Source: an uncultured Planctomycetia bacterium
Lineage (GTDB): Bacteria > Omnitrophota > Gorgyraeia > Tantalellales > Tantalellaceae
Reading direction: 5' to 3'
Length of the DNA: 64,000 nucleotides
Assembly (NCBI GenBank): GCA_964572255.1
Contig: CAZNEE010000005.1
Location: 24,720-88,719 of the forward strand
The notes under the pieces are model-generated. The model was given only the letters and a program-made list of their open reading frames with translations, did no database searches and was not told where the DNA came from. The position numbers were made by a program, and so were the translations under genes. Positions 26,710-36,940 of the stretch are shown here, piece after piece (positions within the stretch are counted from its first letter, which is position 1; every line of letters begins with the position of its first letter).

Positions 26710-28497
26710 TTATTCCTCACAAAAAGGTTCGTATTTTTTGCCTGACCATTGCATGCCCAGATGACTTGAAAACTCAAGCATATTAAGCCTTATGCCATGA
26801 ACTATAACTGCCATGAATCCTAAAGTTATATTGAGCATGTGTCCGAAAAAGAGTATCAATGCGGCGCTTATCCCTCCTATTACACTGTGTACCCCTCCTG
26901 CAAGCGCCATATTGTTAAAACTTTCAGCGACAACAACCGTGGCATATCCTACTGCGAACAGCCTTAAATATGAAACTATGTCGGAAAAGGACCCTATGAC
27001 GCTTAACGGCAGCTCGGCTAACGTAATTAAAGCGCCTTTAAAGATCCCTTTCTGGGGATTCGAACAAAAGAGAACCAAGCCTATTCCCATAATAAGTAGC
27101 CACCCGGCGAATGGCGGAAAAACATTGCCTATAACAAATTTCCCTGCAGCAAAAAACATGCCCCACAATATAAGTATCCACCCAAATTGGGCAAAAGATA
27201 AAATGGAATTGATCACTCTCACCGCTCTTAAAAGATGCGCTATGGTCAGCTGAGTAGCCCCGATCAAAAAACATATATATATAAGGAAATTCTGATTATT
27301 ATCCGCAAAACTGTTTATTTTTCCCACTACAAGACCGTTCAAAAACGGCAGCTGGGCTATTCTTTCCGCGCCGAACCACGTCCCTGTAATGGCTCCCCAA
27401 ACTATCGTTCCCGCGCTCAAAAGGTACATTAAAAAGAACGGCTCCCAAGGCAGATGCTTGAGCCTGCGTCTTATTAAAAAGGTCGCTATTAAGAAGAGAA
27501 TGCCGTACCCCGCATCCCCTATAAGCATGGCGAAGAACAAGCTAAAAAACACGAGAAAATAAAAGCTTATATCAAATTCATTGTACCCCGGCAGTGTGTT
27601 CATGAACCGGAATACCGGATTTATTATTCTTATCCACTTCGGATTTGTCACAAGCGTGGGGGTCTCTTCCGGATTATCGGGCTCATCCACAATATACCCT
27701 GCCCCGTATTTTTTTGTAACCTCTATCACTTTTTGGGTTTCCTTCTCGGGACAAAAGCCCTGCAGGTACGCAAACCTGTCTTCTACCTGCATGCCGAATT
27801 TTACATTTAAAAATGTAAGTTCTTTTTCATATTTTTGCCTGCATATTCGCAGGCTTCCCAACCCTTCGGCTTCTGTCTTAAGAAAACTTTCTATTTGTAC
27901 TATTTTATTTTTTGCTTTATCTATTTCTTCCTCTATCTCGTCCGGGCTCATTGCGGGCGGAATTATTTCATGATAAGGGATTTCTTCTTGCTGATCCACT
28001 GAAACTGCGGCTGCCAGAATATGTCCTTTTTCTTTGCCGATAACCTGGCATTTCATTTCCTTTTGTGCTTTTTTGAACTCATCCTTCCTCAATCTATATA
28101 ATCTGACATTTATGCCTTTCGCCCTAAAAGCTTCCAGCTCCTTTGGATCAAATTGGCCCCAGGCATCAAACCATTTTCCTTGCCTTTTAAGGGTATTGAT
28201 ATATGCCGAAAGCTCCTCTTTTTCCTTGCAGGCTTCCTCTATTTTCTCGCCATTCGAGAGGATCTCTTCGTCTTTGCAAACTAACTCCCTTTGACTATGT
28301 TCTTCCGCATAAGGGGATAGGATCGATATCATCTTGTTTATATTGGAGATCTTGTCTTCCACATAAGTAATATCATGTGCTTCCGGCAGTTTTACATGTT
28401 TAATATGCACTACACCGGCTTTCCGCAGGTCGGATACAAAATTACCCTTTTCTTTCTCGGAGATCAATAAAGTGAGTTTTTTCATTCGTACTATCAT
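26710..28497 (-). CDS. ntpI: V-type ATP synthase subunit I (a-subunit)
   Basis: About 595 aa, a cytoplasmic N-domain plus a C-terminal 7-8 TM domain with the conserved Arg-containing helix. Start reassigned to MIVRMKK, whose ATG overlaps the ntpD TGA as ATGA; the ORF-track N-terminal extension MFRGS... is rejected. Confidence 0.85.
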   Translation of the reverse strand: MIVRMKKLTLLISEKEKGNFVSDLRKAGVVHIKHVKLPEAHDITYVEDKISNINKMISILSPYAEEHSQRELVCKDEEILSNGEKIEEACKEKEELSAYINTLKRQGKWFDAWGQFDPKELEAFRAKGINVRLYRLRKDEFKKAQKEMKCQVIGKEKGHILAAAVSVDQQEEIPYHEIIPPAMSPDEIEEEIDKAKNKIVQIESFLKTEAEGLGSLRICRQKYEKELTFLNVKFGMQVEDRFAYLQGFCPEKETQKVIEVTKKYGAGYIVDEPDNPEETPTLVTNPKWIRIINPVFRFMNTLPGYNEFDISFYFLVFFSLFFAMLIGDAGYGILFLIATFLIRRRLKHLPWEPFFLMYLLSAGTIVWGAITGTWFGAERIAQLPFLNGLVVGKINSFADNNQNFLIYICFLIGATQLTIAHLLRAVRVINSILSFAQFGWILILWGMFFAAGKFVIGNVFPPFAGWLLIMGIGLVLFCSNPQKGIFKGALITLAELPLSVIGSFSDIVSYLRLFAVGYATVVVAESFNNMALAGGVHSVIGGISAALILFFGHMLNITLGFMAVIVHGIRLNMLEFSSHLGMQWSGKKYEPFCEE

Positions 28498-29108
28498 ATA
28501 TGAATTACCTCTTCTTGCTTGGCCTGTATTTTCTCTTTGGCGATCTTCCCTCTTACTACAGCCGCGGTCTGCAGATCCCCTAAACATATCTGGATCTTCC
28601 TGATGTTTTCTACTGCTTGCGGGATCTTTACTTTTTCGAACAAGTTGACCCTTTGCGTGGTGATCCTTAGTTCTTCCCTGATGAGTTCTTCTTGTTTTTC
28701 AAGGATTCCCATTTTTGCGTTCTCTGTCATTACCTGTTTTACTGCATCGACGCCATAATCAACCCACAAGGGAGTTATTACAAGATCGTATTTTTTAACA
28801 TCAAAAACCGCTTCTTTAAAGACCGGGGTATCTATCCCGGCAATGTTCCCTGTATCTGTCAGAACTTCTTTAAGGCTTATTAGATCTCTTAGTCCGACAT
28901 CTTCAGCGAAAACATCAGCCCATTTATATATTGTCGCTTTGAGATAGGCTTTCTCTTTTTTTACTTCCTCCATGGCTTTATGTATTTTCTGTATTTCCAG
29001 CTGAAGCTGCTGTTTTTTAAGAAGAAGCGTGGGAAGATACTGCTCGAACCTTTTAAGCTCATCCCTTTGTCTTTTTAATTCATTTTTTGTCAGTTTCAGC
29101 TTGCCCAT
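28494..29108 (-). CDS. ntpD: V-type ATP synthase subunit D
   Basis: 204 aa coiled-coil central stalk protein (LTKNELKRQRDELKRFEQYLP...). Confidence 0.85.
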   Translation of the reverse strand: MGKLKLTKNELKRQRDELKRFEQYLPTLLLKKQQLQLEIQKIHKAMEEVKKEKAYLKATIYKWADVFAEDVGLRDLISLKEVLTDTGNIAGIDTPVFKEAVFDVKKYDLVITPLWVDYGVDAVKQVMTENAKMGILEKQEELIREELRITTQRVNLFEKVKIPQAVENIRKIQICLGDLQTAAVVRGKIAKEKIQAKQEEVIHI

Positions 29109-30421
29109 TATTTTTCTTTTTTCTCTTCTTGTTTCGGCCAGAATTCTTTAATAAGTTCTGTGCGGAAGTTGGTTTCTTTCGGATTAAAGCACTCTCCGAG
29201 TATCTTCCATCCATTATCTAGGGCCTCTTCAAGCGCAATGTTAACCTTTAGATCCATCATTTGACCTTCAAAAAGATCGCCATATTTCAAGAGTTTTCTG
29301 TCCCAATCACTCATCCTGAATCCCATTGACCGTTTTTCTTCGGTTTCCTTGTACTGAGCATAAAGCTGTATCATGCCGTTCATGATGTCTCTATGGTCTT
29401 TGCGGGTATCCTTGTTAACCTGCTGCTTCAATCTGCTTAATGAACCAAAAGGCTCGATCCTGCCGTTTCTCAGATAAAACTGTCCTTCCGTAATATAGCC
29501 CGTATTGTCGGGAACCGGGTGGGTAACATCATCTCCCGGCATGGTCGTAACAGCCAAAACCGTGATCGATCCGGCGCCTTCAAAATCCACAGCTTTTTCA
29601 TATCTTGCCGCAAGCTGACTATAAAGGTCTCCGGGATAGCCCCTGTTGGAAGGAACCTGCTCCATTGTTATGGAAAGCTCTTTAAGCGCATCCGAAAAAT
29701 TTGTCATGTCCGTAAGAAGGACCAGTACTCTCTTTCCCCCGAGCGCGAACTTTTCCGCAACGGCAAGCGAAAGATCCGGGACCATAAGGCCTTCTACTAT
29801 TGGATCGGCGGCGGTATGAACAAAAAAGATGGTTCTGCTTAAAGCTCCTCCCTCTTCAAGCGTGTCTTTAAAATACATGTATTGATCGTACTTGAGTCCG
29901 ATCCCTCCAAGAATGATCATGTCAACTTCCGCCTGAAGAGCGATACGCGCAAGAAGTTCATTGTAAGGTTCTCCCGAAACAGAAAAAATGGGAAGCTTTT
30001 GTGATTCAACTAAAGAATTAAAAACATCTATCATGGGGATATTCGTCCTCACCATATTTTTCGGGATAATCCTCTTCGCGGGATTAACGGCCGGGCCGGC
30101 TATCTCGGTCAGATTTTCGAGAATGTCGGGGCCTTTATCCCGGGGCTTCCCGCTGCCGTTAAAGATCCTGCCCAACATGTTAGGGCTTACCCCCACTTTC
30201 ATGGGATGGCCTAAAAATCTTACTTCATCTCCGGTGGAAATGCCTCTCGCCCCGGCAAATGCCTGCAAATACACCATATCCCCTTCAAGCCTTATAACCT
30301 GGGCAAGAGAGATCCCTCTTGAAGCGGAGATCTCGGCGAGTTCCTCATAAGAGACGCCTTCAGCCCTTACGGTAACGACATTGCCCACAATATTCAGAAT
30401 TCTGGTGCATACTTTTCTCAT
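29108..30421 (-). CDS. ntpB: V-type ATP synthase subunit B
   Basis: 437 aa non-catalytic nucleotide-binding subunit (degenerate P-loop). 4-nt ATGA overlap with ntpA. Confidence 0.93.
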   Translation of the reverse strand: MRKVCTRILNIVGNVVTVRAEGVSYEELAEISASRGISLAQVIRLEGDMVYLQAFAGARGISTGDEVRFLGHPMKVGVSPNMLGRIFNGSGKPRDKGPDILENLTEIAGPAVNPAKRIIPKNMVRTNIPMIDVFNSLVESQKLPIFSVSGEPYNELLARIALQAEVDMIILGGIGLKYDQYMYFKDTLEEGGALSRTIFFVHTAADPIVEGLMVPDLSLAVAEKFALGGKRVLVLLTDMTNFSDALKELSITMEQVPSNRGYPGDLYSQLAARYEKAVDFEGAGSITVLAVTTMPGDDVTHPVPDNTGYITEGQFYLRNGRIEPFGSLSRLKQQVNKDTRKDHRDIMNGMIQLYAQYKETEEKRSMGFRMSDWDRKLLKYGDLFEGQMMDLKVNIALEEALDNGWKILGECFNPKETNFRTELIKEFWPKQEEKKEK

Positions 30422-32148
30422 TGTTTTTCACCTTCCAATAAGCTATCGATCTTCTTTTCCTCTTCTTTAAATTCATCTGATTCCCATTTCTTATAATTCC
30501 AATCGATAAAAGCGTGCCTTAAATTGTAGAAAAAATTTCTTGCGTCCTGTTTGTCTTTAAACGGGAACTCTTTCCTCAAAACGTATATGACTTTTGAAAA
30601 AACATATTTTTGTCTGTCGGCTGTCGTCGCGGCATCTACTTCGTCGAATCCGTTTTGCTGAAGATACACGCTGTCAAGAAAATCGCTTTTCAGGTATACC
30701 GCAAAATCCTCTAAAGATGTTCCTTCTTCACCCACGACCTTCATCATCTGCGAAACTTCGTTGCCTTTAAAAAGAATATTTTTTGCGGTCTGGATCTCGT
30801 CTTCGGGAATAAAACTTTTATACTTGCTCCAGCTTTCAAGCGGAGACACTGAAGGGAACTTGCGCGCTTCAGCCCTGTCTCTGGAAAGTCCGTGGAAAGC
30901 CCCGACGACTTTAAGCGTTCCTTGCGTCACCGGTTCCTCAAAGTTGCCTCCTGCCGGACTTACGGTGCCCCCTATTGTAAGACTGCCGATCTCTCCGTCA
31001 TGAAGTTTTACTATGCCGGACCGTTCATAAAAAGAAGCTATACGTGATTCGAGATAGGCGGGGTACGCTTCTTCTCCCGGGATCTCTTCCAATCTTCCCG
31101 ATATTTCACGCATTGCCTGGGCCCAGCGTGATGTGGAATCCGCCAGAAGTAAGACATTAAGACCCATCTGTCTGTAATATTCGGCCAAAGTCGCGCCGGT
31201 ATAAACAGATGATTCTCTCGCGGCAACAGGCATTGATGAAGTGTTACAGATAATTATCGTTCTTTCCATTAAAGATTTCCCTGTACGCGGATCTTTTAGT
31301 TTAGGGAATTCTCTAAGCGTTTCCACGACTTCCCCCGCTCTTTCGCCGCACGCCGCGATAATAACTATATCCACTTCCGCATGCCGGCTGGTTATCTGCT
31401 GAAGCACCGTCTTGCCCGCCCCAAAAGGCCCGGGGATACAATACGTTCCTCCCTTAGCAACCGGGAACATTGTGTCGAGGATCCTTACCTTTGTGACTAA
31501 TGTCTCTTTGGGCTGCATCTTCTCCTTATACGCTTCTATAGGGACCTTGACCGGCCAGTCAAAGATCATCGACACGCTGATGCTTTCCCCTTTTTCATCT
31601 TTCAAAACAGCCACCTCTTTGCCGGCCGCATAATTGCCTGCGGGAACTATTTTCTCGACTGTATATTCTTCATAAAGATAAAAAGGCACCATTATTTTGT
31701 GTTTAAAAATACCTTCGGGGACAGCCCCGAGAACGCTTCCCGCCTTTACTTTATCTCCCTTTTGGGCCGCGGGGGCAAAATCCCACTCTTTCTCAAAAGA
31801 GAGCGCATTAAGCTCGACTCCTATCGGCAGAAAAAAACCATGCTCTTCGGCCAGTTCCGGCAACGGGTTTTGAAGCCCGTCATATATTTGTCCCAGAAGA
31901 CCCGGCCCCAATTGCACCGAAAGCATGTTCTCTGAAAACTCGACCGCATCTCCCACTTTTATGCCTTTGGTATATTCAAAGACCTGAAGATATGCTATGT
32001 TTCCTTTTATTTTTATGACTTCCGACTTTAATTTCTTATCTCCGCTCAACACGTACCCCACTTCGTTCTGGATGATGTCCCCCTGGAACCGGACCGCTAT
32101 CATGTTGCCGTTGATCGAAACTATTTTTCCTAATTGTTTTCTTGTCAT
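30418..32148 (-). CDS. ntpA: V-type ATP synthase catalytic subunit A
   Basis: GPFGAGKT Walker A, non-homologous insert region. Start probably MTRKQ at 32148, an ATGA overlap with the upstream ORF. The ORF track extends it to 32163. Confidence 0.93.
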   Translation of the reverse strand: MTRKQLGKIVSINGNMIAVRFQGDIIQNEVGYVLSGDKKLKSEVIKIKGNIAYLQVFEYTKGIKVGDAVEFSENMLSVQLGPGLLGQIYDGLQNPLPELAEEHGFFLPIGVELNALSFEKEWDFAPAAQKGDKVKAGSVLGAVPEGIFKHKIMVPFYLYEEYTVEKIVPAGNYAAGKEVAVLKDEKGESISVSMIFDWPVKVPIEAYKEKMQPKETLVTKVRILDTMFPVAKGGTYCIPGPFGAGKTVLQQITSRHAEVDIVIIAACGERAGEVVETLREFPKLKDPRTGKSLMERTIIICNTSSMPVAARESSVYTGATLAEYYRQMGLNVLLLADSTSRWAQAMREISGRLEEIPGEEAYPAYLESRIASFYERSGIVKLHDGEIGSLTIGGTVSPAGGNFEEPVTQGTLKVVGAFHGLSRDRAEARKFPSVSPLESWSKYKSFIPEDEIQTAKNILFKGNEVSQMMKVVGEEGTSLEDFAVYLKSDFLDSVYLQQNGFDEVDAATTADRQKYVFSKVIYVLRKEFPFKDKQDARNFFYNLRHAFIDWNYKKWESDEFKEEEKKIDSLLEGEKQ

Positions 32149-32642
32149 ATTTTTACCTCGCATATTTCATAGAATATTGCTTCCCCTCTGTCTTTATTAA
32201 ACGTGGAGAGCCTTTCGAGTATCTGCAGTTTTAAAAAATAAAATGCCAGCCAATTGATGTCAAAGTGGACCTTCGCGCTCATCTCTTCCAGAAAAGACCA
32301 TCTTATCTTTTCAAAAATCTTCTCCTTTAAAAGAGGGTTTTCCTGTTCCATGATCTCGTTTATAAGCTCTGAAGTTCCCTTGTAGCTTACCTTTTCTCCG
32401 GACCTCGCCTTTGCCAGATCCTCTTCGAGGGTTCTGTTAAAACGTTTCCATGCCCTTATAAACTCCGTGTCCTCGTCTTTTTCTTCATGTTCTTTTATGT
32501 GCGCTGATGCGATAGTTGTCATGTCCTCTCCAGAAAGCCATTTTTTGCATTCCGAAAGAAGCTCGTCGCTTGAGATAGGCGGGACTTCTTGAAATTTAAG
32601 ATACGGAAGAGATGAAACCAAATAATAATATTTGCTTCTCAT
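32145..32642 (-). CDS. conserved hypothetical protein embedded between V-ATPase E and A genes (DUF2764-like; possible subunit C/F functional analogue)
   Basis: 165 aa soluble protein. It occupies the same slot as the conserved hypothetical gene in chlamydial/spirochaetal V-ATPase operons (E-hyp-A-B-D-I-K). Translationally coupled to ntpA. Confidence 0.55.
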   Translation of the reverse strand: MRSKYYYLVSSLPYLKFQEVPPISSDELLSECKKWLSGEDMTTIASAHIKEHEEKDEDTEFIRAWKRFNRTLEEDLAKARSGEKVSYKGTSELINEIMEQENPLLKEKIFEKIRWSFLEEMSAKVHFDINWLAFYFLKLQILERLSTFNKDRGEAIFYEICEVKI

Positions 32643-32647
32643 TGTTT

Positions 32648-33244
32648 TTAAGTTAAGAGTTCCTTGATCTTCGGATTCAGATATGTTTTAAAAGATTCCG
32701 CGATGGCTTCGTCCGTAAAATCATAATAGGAGCTTTCTCCTTTTTTCCCTATGCGGAATCCATGCTCAATGCTCGGCGAAACTTTTATTGTTAATCCTTT
32801 TCCCACTTCCCCCTTAAACACGCCTAAAAGAGCTCCTTCTATGCTATTTTTATCCTTTTCGCTTAACAAAACTTCTATTTCCGCTTCTTTATCCTCGCTG
32901 AATTTCCGGATCAGGTTTACAATAACTTCTTTGAGGACTTCAGGGGGCAGCTGCTGAGCGACTTCTTTCTTTATCAATGCATCAAAAACGGCCGTTATGC
33001 TTTCCTTCAATGCAAGAATAACGTCCCTTGAAGCTTGACTTAAAGCTTCCTCGCCGTTTTTCTTGAGGTTTTCGGCGTCATTTTTTGCCTTTTTTATAAT
33101 ATCCTCTTTTTTCTTCTCGGCTTCGGCGATTATTTTATCCGCTTTTGCCTGCGCTTGTTTCAAGATGTCGGCCGCTTTACTCTCGGCTTCGCCTATTCCC
33201 TCTTTTTTGATTTTTTCGATAATGGTATTGAGTTCCATCTCCAT
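32648..33244 (-). CDS. ntpE: V-type ATP synthase subunit E
   Basis: 198 aa, N-terminal Lys/Glu/Ala-rich coiled coil and a C-terminal globular domain. First gene of the operon. Confidence 0.85.
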   Translation of the reverse strand: MEMELNTIIEKIKKEGIGEAESKAADILKQAQAKADKIIAEAEKKKEDIIKKAKNDAENLKKNGEEALSQASRDVILALKESITAVFDALIKKEVAQQLPPEVLKEVIVNLIRKFSEDKEAEIEVLLSEKDKNSIEGALLGVFKGEVGKGLTIKVSPSIEHGFRIGKKGESSYYDFTDEAIAESFKTYLNPKIKELLT

Positions 33245-33269
33245 AAATATCTCCTTATGATTTATATCG

Positions 33270-33310
33270 CGGGTATAATTATAATGTTCGGCATAAATTA
33301 ACTTTTATGA
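33270..33310 (-). promoter_or_regulatory. candidate sigma70-type promoter (TATAAT -10) for the V-ATPase operon
   Basis: Minus-strand TATAAT about 35 nt upstream of the ntpE ATG, followed by an AAGGAG ribosome-binding site. The -35 is weak (TTAATT). Confidence 0.3.
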
Positions 33311-33381
33311 TAACACGAATTTTATTATTAAAAAAGTAAATTTTAGATTACTCTGGTGATCGGCAAATATTGGATGGTAAT

Positions 33382-33957
33382 TTATTTTTTAGACCCCGGC
33401 TTATCGATCGGCATTCCTTCCTGACAAAGAGGACAAACCGCTTCTTCAAAAGTGGGAATATCGAGTTTGATCAAGCTTTCGCTCTTGACCCCGCCGAAAT
33501 CTATCTGTTCAGAACTTCGATTGACAAGACTAGCTACCCCCACGGGATCGATCCCCTGCTTTTTCAAAAGCGTTATGACTTCCTTAACAGAACCGCCTGT
33601 AGTGAGGACATCTTCCGCAATAAGAACTTTATTTTTAGGAGAAACTTGGAAGCCCCTCCGCAAGACCATTTTTCCTTCTGCGTCTCTTTCGGTAAAAACA
33701 GCTCTCGCATTAAGCGCTCTTGCAAGTTCATACGCAAGAACTATCCCTCCCATGGCCGGGCCCACTATAACATCGGGGGTATCTCTGCGGAATTTTTCCG
33801 CTAGCGCACCGCATAACCTTGCGGCAACTATGGGATCCTGCAGTACCAGCGCGCATTGCAGGTACGCTCCGGAATGCAATCCGCTTGAAAGTTTAAAATG
33901 TCCCTGCTGAAATGCTCCTGACTTTTTAAAGATCTCTATTATTTCCATATCTTGCAT
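33382..33957 (-). CDS. pyrE: orotate phosphoribosyltransferase
   Basis: 191 aa. PRPP-binding motif (VLIAEDVLTTGGS). Confidence 0.92.
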   Translation of the reverse strand: MQDMEIIEIFKKSGAFQQGHFKLSSGLHSGAYLQCALVLQDPIVAARLCGALAEKFRRDTPDVIVGPAMGGIVLAYELARALNARAVFTERDAEGKMVLRRGFQVSPKNKVLIAEDVLTTGGSVKEVITLLKKQGIDPVGVASLVNRSSEQIDFGGVKSESLIKLDIPTFEEAVCPLCQEGMPIDKPGSKK

Positions 33958-33991
33958 ATTTCGCTCCCCTCTTTTTGCCGCAAAGTGCGGT

Positions 33992-34705
33992 TTATTCTTC
34001 TATTTCAGCAATTATTTGTTTCGCCGCTTGAAGAGGATCTTCTGCCTGTATTATCGGTCTTCCGACAACTATATAATCGGCGCCGTTTTCTATCGCCTGT
34101 TTTGGTGTAACTATTCTTTTTTGATCGCCTTGAGCCGTCCCTGCCGGTCGCACCCCCGGAGTAACGACTATAAAATCTTCTCCCAAAGATTTCTTTATCT
34201 TTGCCGCCTCTTGCGCGGAAGCTACAACCCCGTTCATCCCTGATCCTTTAGCGAGAGACGCCAATTCTATCACCTTATCATTAATTCGTCCGCTCATGCC
34301 CAGATCATGCATGCTTTTTTCATCCATGCTTGTCAGGATCGTGACTCCTAAGAGTATGGGGGCAACTTTCCCGTGAGAAGCTGCTCCTTCTTTAGCCCCT
34401 ATAGCAGCGGCCTTAAGCATCTCTCTCCCGCCAAGACAATGAAAATTAATCATGAATACGCCTTTTTGCGCCGCTGCGCTTGCAGCGTTCTTAACAGTAT
34501 TGGGAATATCGTGGAATTTCAGATCCAAAAAAACTTTTTTCCCTTTTTCCCGGAGTTTATTCAGCAATCTTTCTCCAAAACCCGTAAAAGGCGCTATGCC
34601 TACTTTAAAAATATCAACTTCGGGAGAAAGAATATCGACCAGCTCTTCTGCCCTTTCCAAAGTGTCTGCATCCAATGCCACGATAAGTTTGTCTTTTGCT
34701 TTCAT
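33992..34705 (-). CDS. pyrF: orotidine 5'-phosphate decarboxylase
   Basis: 237 aa (LIVALDADT..., DLKFHDIPNT catalytic Asp-Lys motifs). Confidence 0.93.
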   Translation of the reverse strand: MKAKDKLIVALDADTLERAEELVDILSPEVDIFKVGIAPFTGFGERLLNKLREKGKKVFLDLKFHDIPNTVKNAASAAAQKGVFMINFHCLGGREMLKAAAIGAKEGAASHGKVAPILLGVTILTSMDEKSMHDLGMSGRINDKVIELASLAKGSGMNGVVASAQEAAKIKKSLGEDFIVVTPGVRPAGTAQGDQKRIVTPKQAIENGADYIVVGRPIIQAEDPLQAAKQIIAEIEE

Positions 34706-34733
34706 TGTGCCTTTCTGGTGAAACAGGTTTAAT

Positions 34734-35651
34734 TTATATTTTCAACGCTCCCACAAGAGAATTTACATTATCGATTTTTTTCCTTTTTAGATAATCCTCA
34801 AATTCTTTAAGGATTCTCTCGTAGATCGCCGGGTCAATAAAATTCGCCGTTCCTATTTGTACCGCTTTCGCGCCGCACAACATGAATTCTGCCGCGTCCT
34901 TTCCACTCGTTATCCCGCCTATCCCGATTATAGGGATCTTTACCGCTTTGTATGCATCCCAAACCGCTTTAAGCGCCATGGGTTTTATCGCGGGGCCGCT
35001 TAACCCTCCGACAACATTCCCAAGAAGAGGTTTTTTTTCTTCCGCGTCAACTGCCATGGCAAAATATGTATTAACAAGCGATACCGCATCTGCTCCGGCA
35101 GCTTCCGCCGCTTTTGCTATTTCGGCAATATCCGTAACGTTCGGCGTTAATTTCGCGATGAGCAGTTTTTTTGTCTTTTTTCTTATTGCTGAGATCATTT
35201 TTTCTGTCGTTTTTGCGTCTTGCGCTATCAAGCTGTATTTTTTTGTTTTATGTGCAACGTTGGGGCAGGAAAGATTTACTTCTATAGAATCCGGAGAATT
35301 TTTTCCCGAAAGCTTCTCGATGCAAGAGGTGAACTCGCTTGTTGTGTCTCCTGCAATGCTGACCACTACTTGTGTTTTTAACTTATTCAAAAAAGGAAGA
35401 TATTCTTCTTTAAAGTGTTGAATGCCCCGGTTTTCAAGGCCGATAGAATTGATCAGCCCTGATGCCGTTTCAAAGGTCCTTGGAGGAGGATTCCCTTTCC
35501 GGGGTTTGAGCGTAACTGTCTTAGTTACAATTGCTCCAACGTTTTCAAGATCAAGAAAGTCTTCGTACTCCTGTCCGTACCCGAATGTCCCGGAAGCGAC
35601 CCAGATCGGGTTTTTGAACGTGATTTTGCCTATCTTTGTTTTTAATCCCAT
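34734..35651 (-). CDS. pyrD: dihydroorotate dehydrogenase, catalytic subunit (class 1B)
   Basis: 305 aa TIM barrel with FMN-binding motifs. Paired with pyrK. Confidence 0.93.
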   Translation of the reverse strand: MGLKTKIGKITFKNPIWVASGTFGYGQEYEDFLDLENVGAIVTKTVTLKPRKGNPPPRTFETASGLINSIGLENRGIQHFKEEYLPFLNKLKTQVVVSIAGDTTSEFTSCIEKLSGKNSPDSIEVNLSCPNVAHKTKKYSLIAQDAKTTEKMISAIRKKTKKLLIAKLTPNVTDIAEIAKAAEAAGADAVSLVNTYFAMAVDAEEKKPLLGNVVGGLSGPAIKPMALKAVWDAYKAVKIPIIGIGGITSGKDAAEFMLCGAKAVQIGTANFIDPAIYERILKEFEDYLKRKKIDNVNSLVGALKI

Positions 35652-35652
35652 T

Positions 35653-36456
35653 TTATATTTTTCCCCATCTTATTTCTTCCGCGCTAAACACGGGCCCGTC
35701 TTTACATACAAGCTTGTATCCGGAAACCGTCTCGATAGCACATCCTAAACAAGCCCCTATCCCGCATGCCATATACGCATCAAGAGAAACTTGTGCAGGG
35801 ATATTGCTTTCTTTAGCGCATTTCGCGACCTCTCTAAGCATCGGCCTGGGGCCGCAGCTATAAATTATCTCCGGTCCCTTCTCTCCTTTGGCTTTACGTA
35901 AAAATTCTCTCAAGATGTCAGTTACATAACCTTTTTTGCCTTTTGAGCCATCTTCGGTTGCCACGTGGACCTTTGCGCCTATCTTTCTTAGCTCTTTCAC
36001 GCAAACGATGTGCTCGCCGGTGCATGCCCCTGTAAAAAATTCAACTTCTCCCCTTTTTTTGATTATAGCTTCTGTTAAGGCATAAAGGGGGGCTGCGCCG
36101 TGCCCTCCGGCTACCACTATTATTTTTTCTTTCCTCTTTGCCGGCGCCAGATCGAACCCGTTGCCCAAAGGCCCTAAAATATCAAGCGCTTCACCTGTCC
36201 TTTTTTTGCTCAAGATTTCCGTTGCCTGCCCTACAACCTTATACAATAATTTAATGCCTTTTTTCTCTATAGCGTGTACCCCTAAAGGTATTCTTAAAAG
36301 AGGATCTGTCCCTTCCTCGCGGACTTTTACGTTCACGAATTGTCCCGGCCTGGAATTCTTCGCCAGATAAGCTGTTCCCACTGCCATCACATAATGATCT
36401 TTTGCTGTTTTTTTGTTCGAGATTATTTCCGTTTTTATTGTTTTTTTCTTTATCAT
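35653..36456 (-). CDS. pyrK: dihydroorotate dehydrogenase electron-transfer subunit (FAD/2Fe-2S)
   Basis: 267 aa. C-terminal CGIGACLGCA 2Fe-2S cluster motif. Confidence 0.9.
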   Translation of the reverse strand: MIKKKTIKTEIISNKKTAKDHYVMAVGTAYLAKNSRPGQFVNVKVREEGTDPLLRIPLGVHAIEKKGIKLLYKVVGQATEILSKKRTGEALDILGPLGNGFDLAPAKRKEKIIVVAGGHGAAPLYALTEAIIKKRGEVEFFTGACTGEHIVCVKELRKIGAKVHVATEDGSKGKKGYVTDILREFLRKAKGEKGPEIIYSCGPRPMLREVAKCAKESNIPAQVSLDAYMACGIGACLGCAIETVSGYKLVCKDGPVFSAEEIRWGKI

Positions 36457-36920
36457 TTCTTAAGCCCTTTTTCGCTCAGCCATTTGCCGACCATATCCCA
36501 GTGCGTGCCCTGCCAGAAGATCTTTCCGCAATCCGGGCACCTTTTAAAGAAGTTCTGCGTTCGAAATACGTAATCCGGCACTTTTTGCTTTATTTTTTCT
36601 TTTTCAATATCCTCAAGTAAAGTATTACATTCCACGCAGCGCCGGAAAAAATTATTCTCTTTTAATCCCAGATCCAGTTTTTTTACAAGTTGCTCCATCT
36701 GCTCTTCCACGTAATCATGTTTTATAACTACTATCCGGATCCCTTTGTGTTTTGCATGCTCGGCTTTCCTCGTAACAAGGATCCGTTTATCTCTTAGCGC
36801 CTGGATGATAAGATCCGCTTCTTTTTTCTTGCTAAAATAAACGCAGTCAAATCCTAAAATCCTTAACCACTTTGCCAGTTTCCCCAATTCCTGTGTAACT
36901 ATGAATGCAAGCTGTTCCAT
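36453..36920 (-). CDS. Mut7-C RNase-domain protein (DUF82/PF01927) with C-terminal zinc ribbon, embedded in the pyr operon
   Basis: 155 aa. N-terminal PIN-like Mut7-C fold, C-terminal CxxC...CxxC (CVECN...CPDCG). Its start overlaps the pyrK stop as ATGA, so it is translationally coupled inside pyrC-X-pyrK. Confidence 0.65.
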   Translation of the reverse strand: MEQLAFIVTQELGKLAKWLRILGFDCVYFSKKKEADLIIQALRDKRILVTRKAEHAKHKGIRIVVIKHDYVEEQMEQLVKKLDLGLKENNFFRRCVECNTLLEDIEKEKIKQKVPDYVFRTQNFFKRCPDCGKIFWQGTHWDMVGKWLSEKGLKK

Positions 36921-36940
36921 TGATCGATAGCTCCATAGGC

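Noticed and set aside
26710-28587. N-terminal 30-aa extension (MFRGSADRG...) of the V-ATPase I subunit
   Set aside because: It would overlap ntpD by 94 nt. An internal ATG at 28497 forms a canonical ATGA overlap with the ntpD stop, so the shorter start is adopted.
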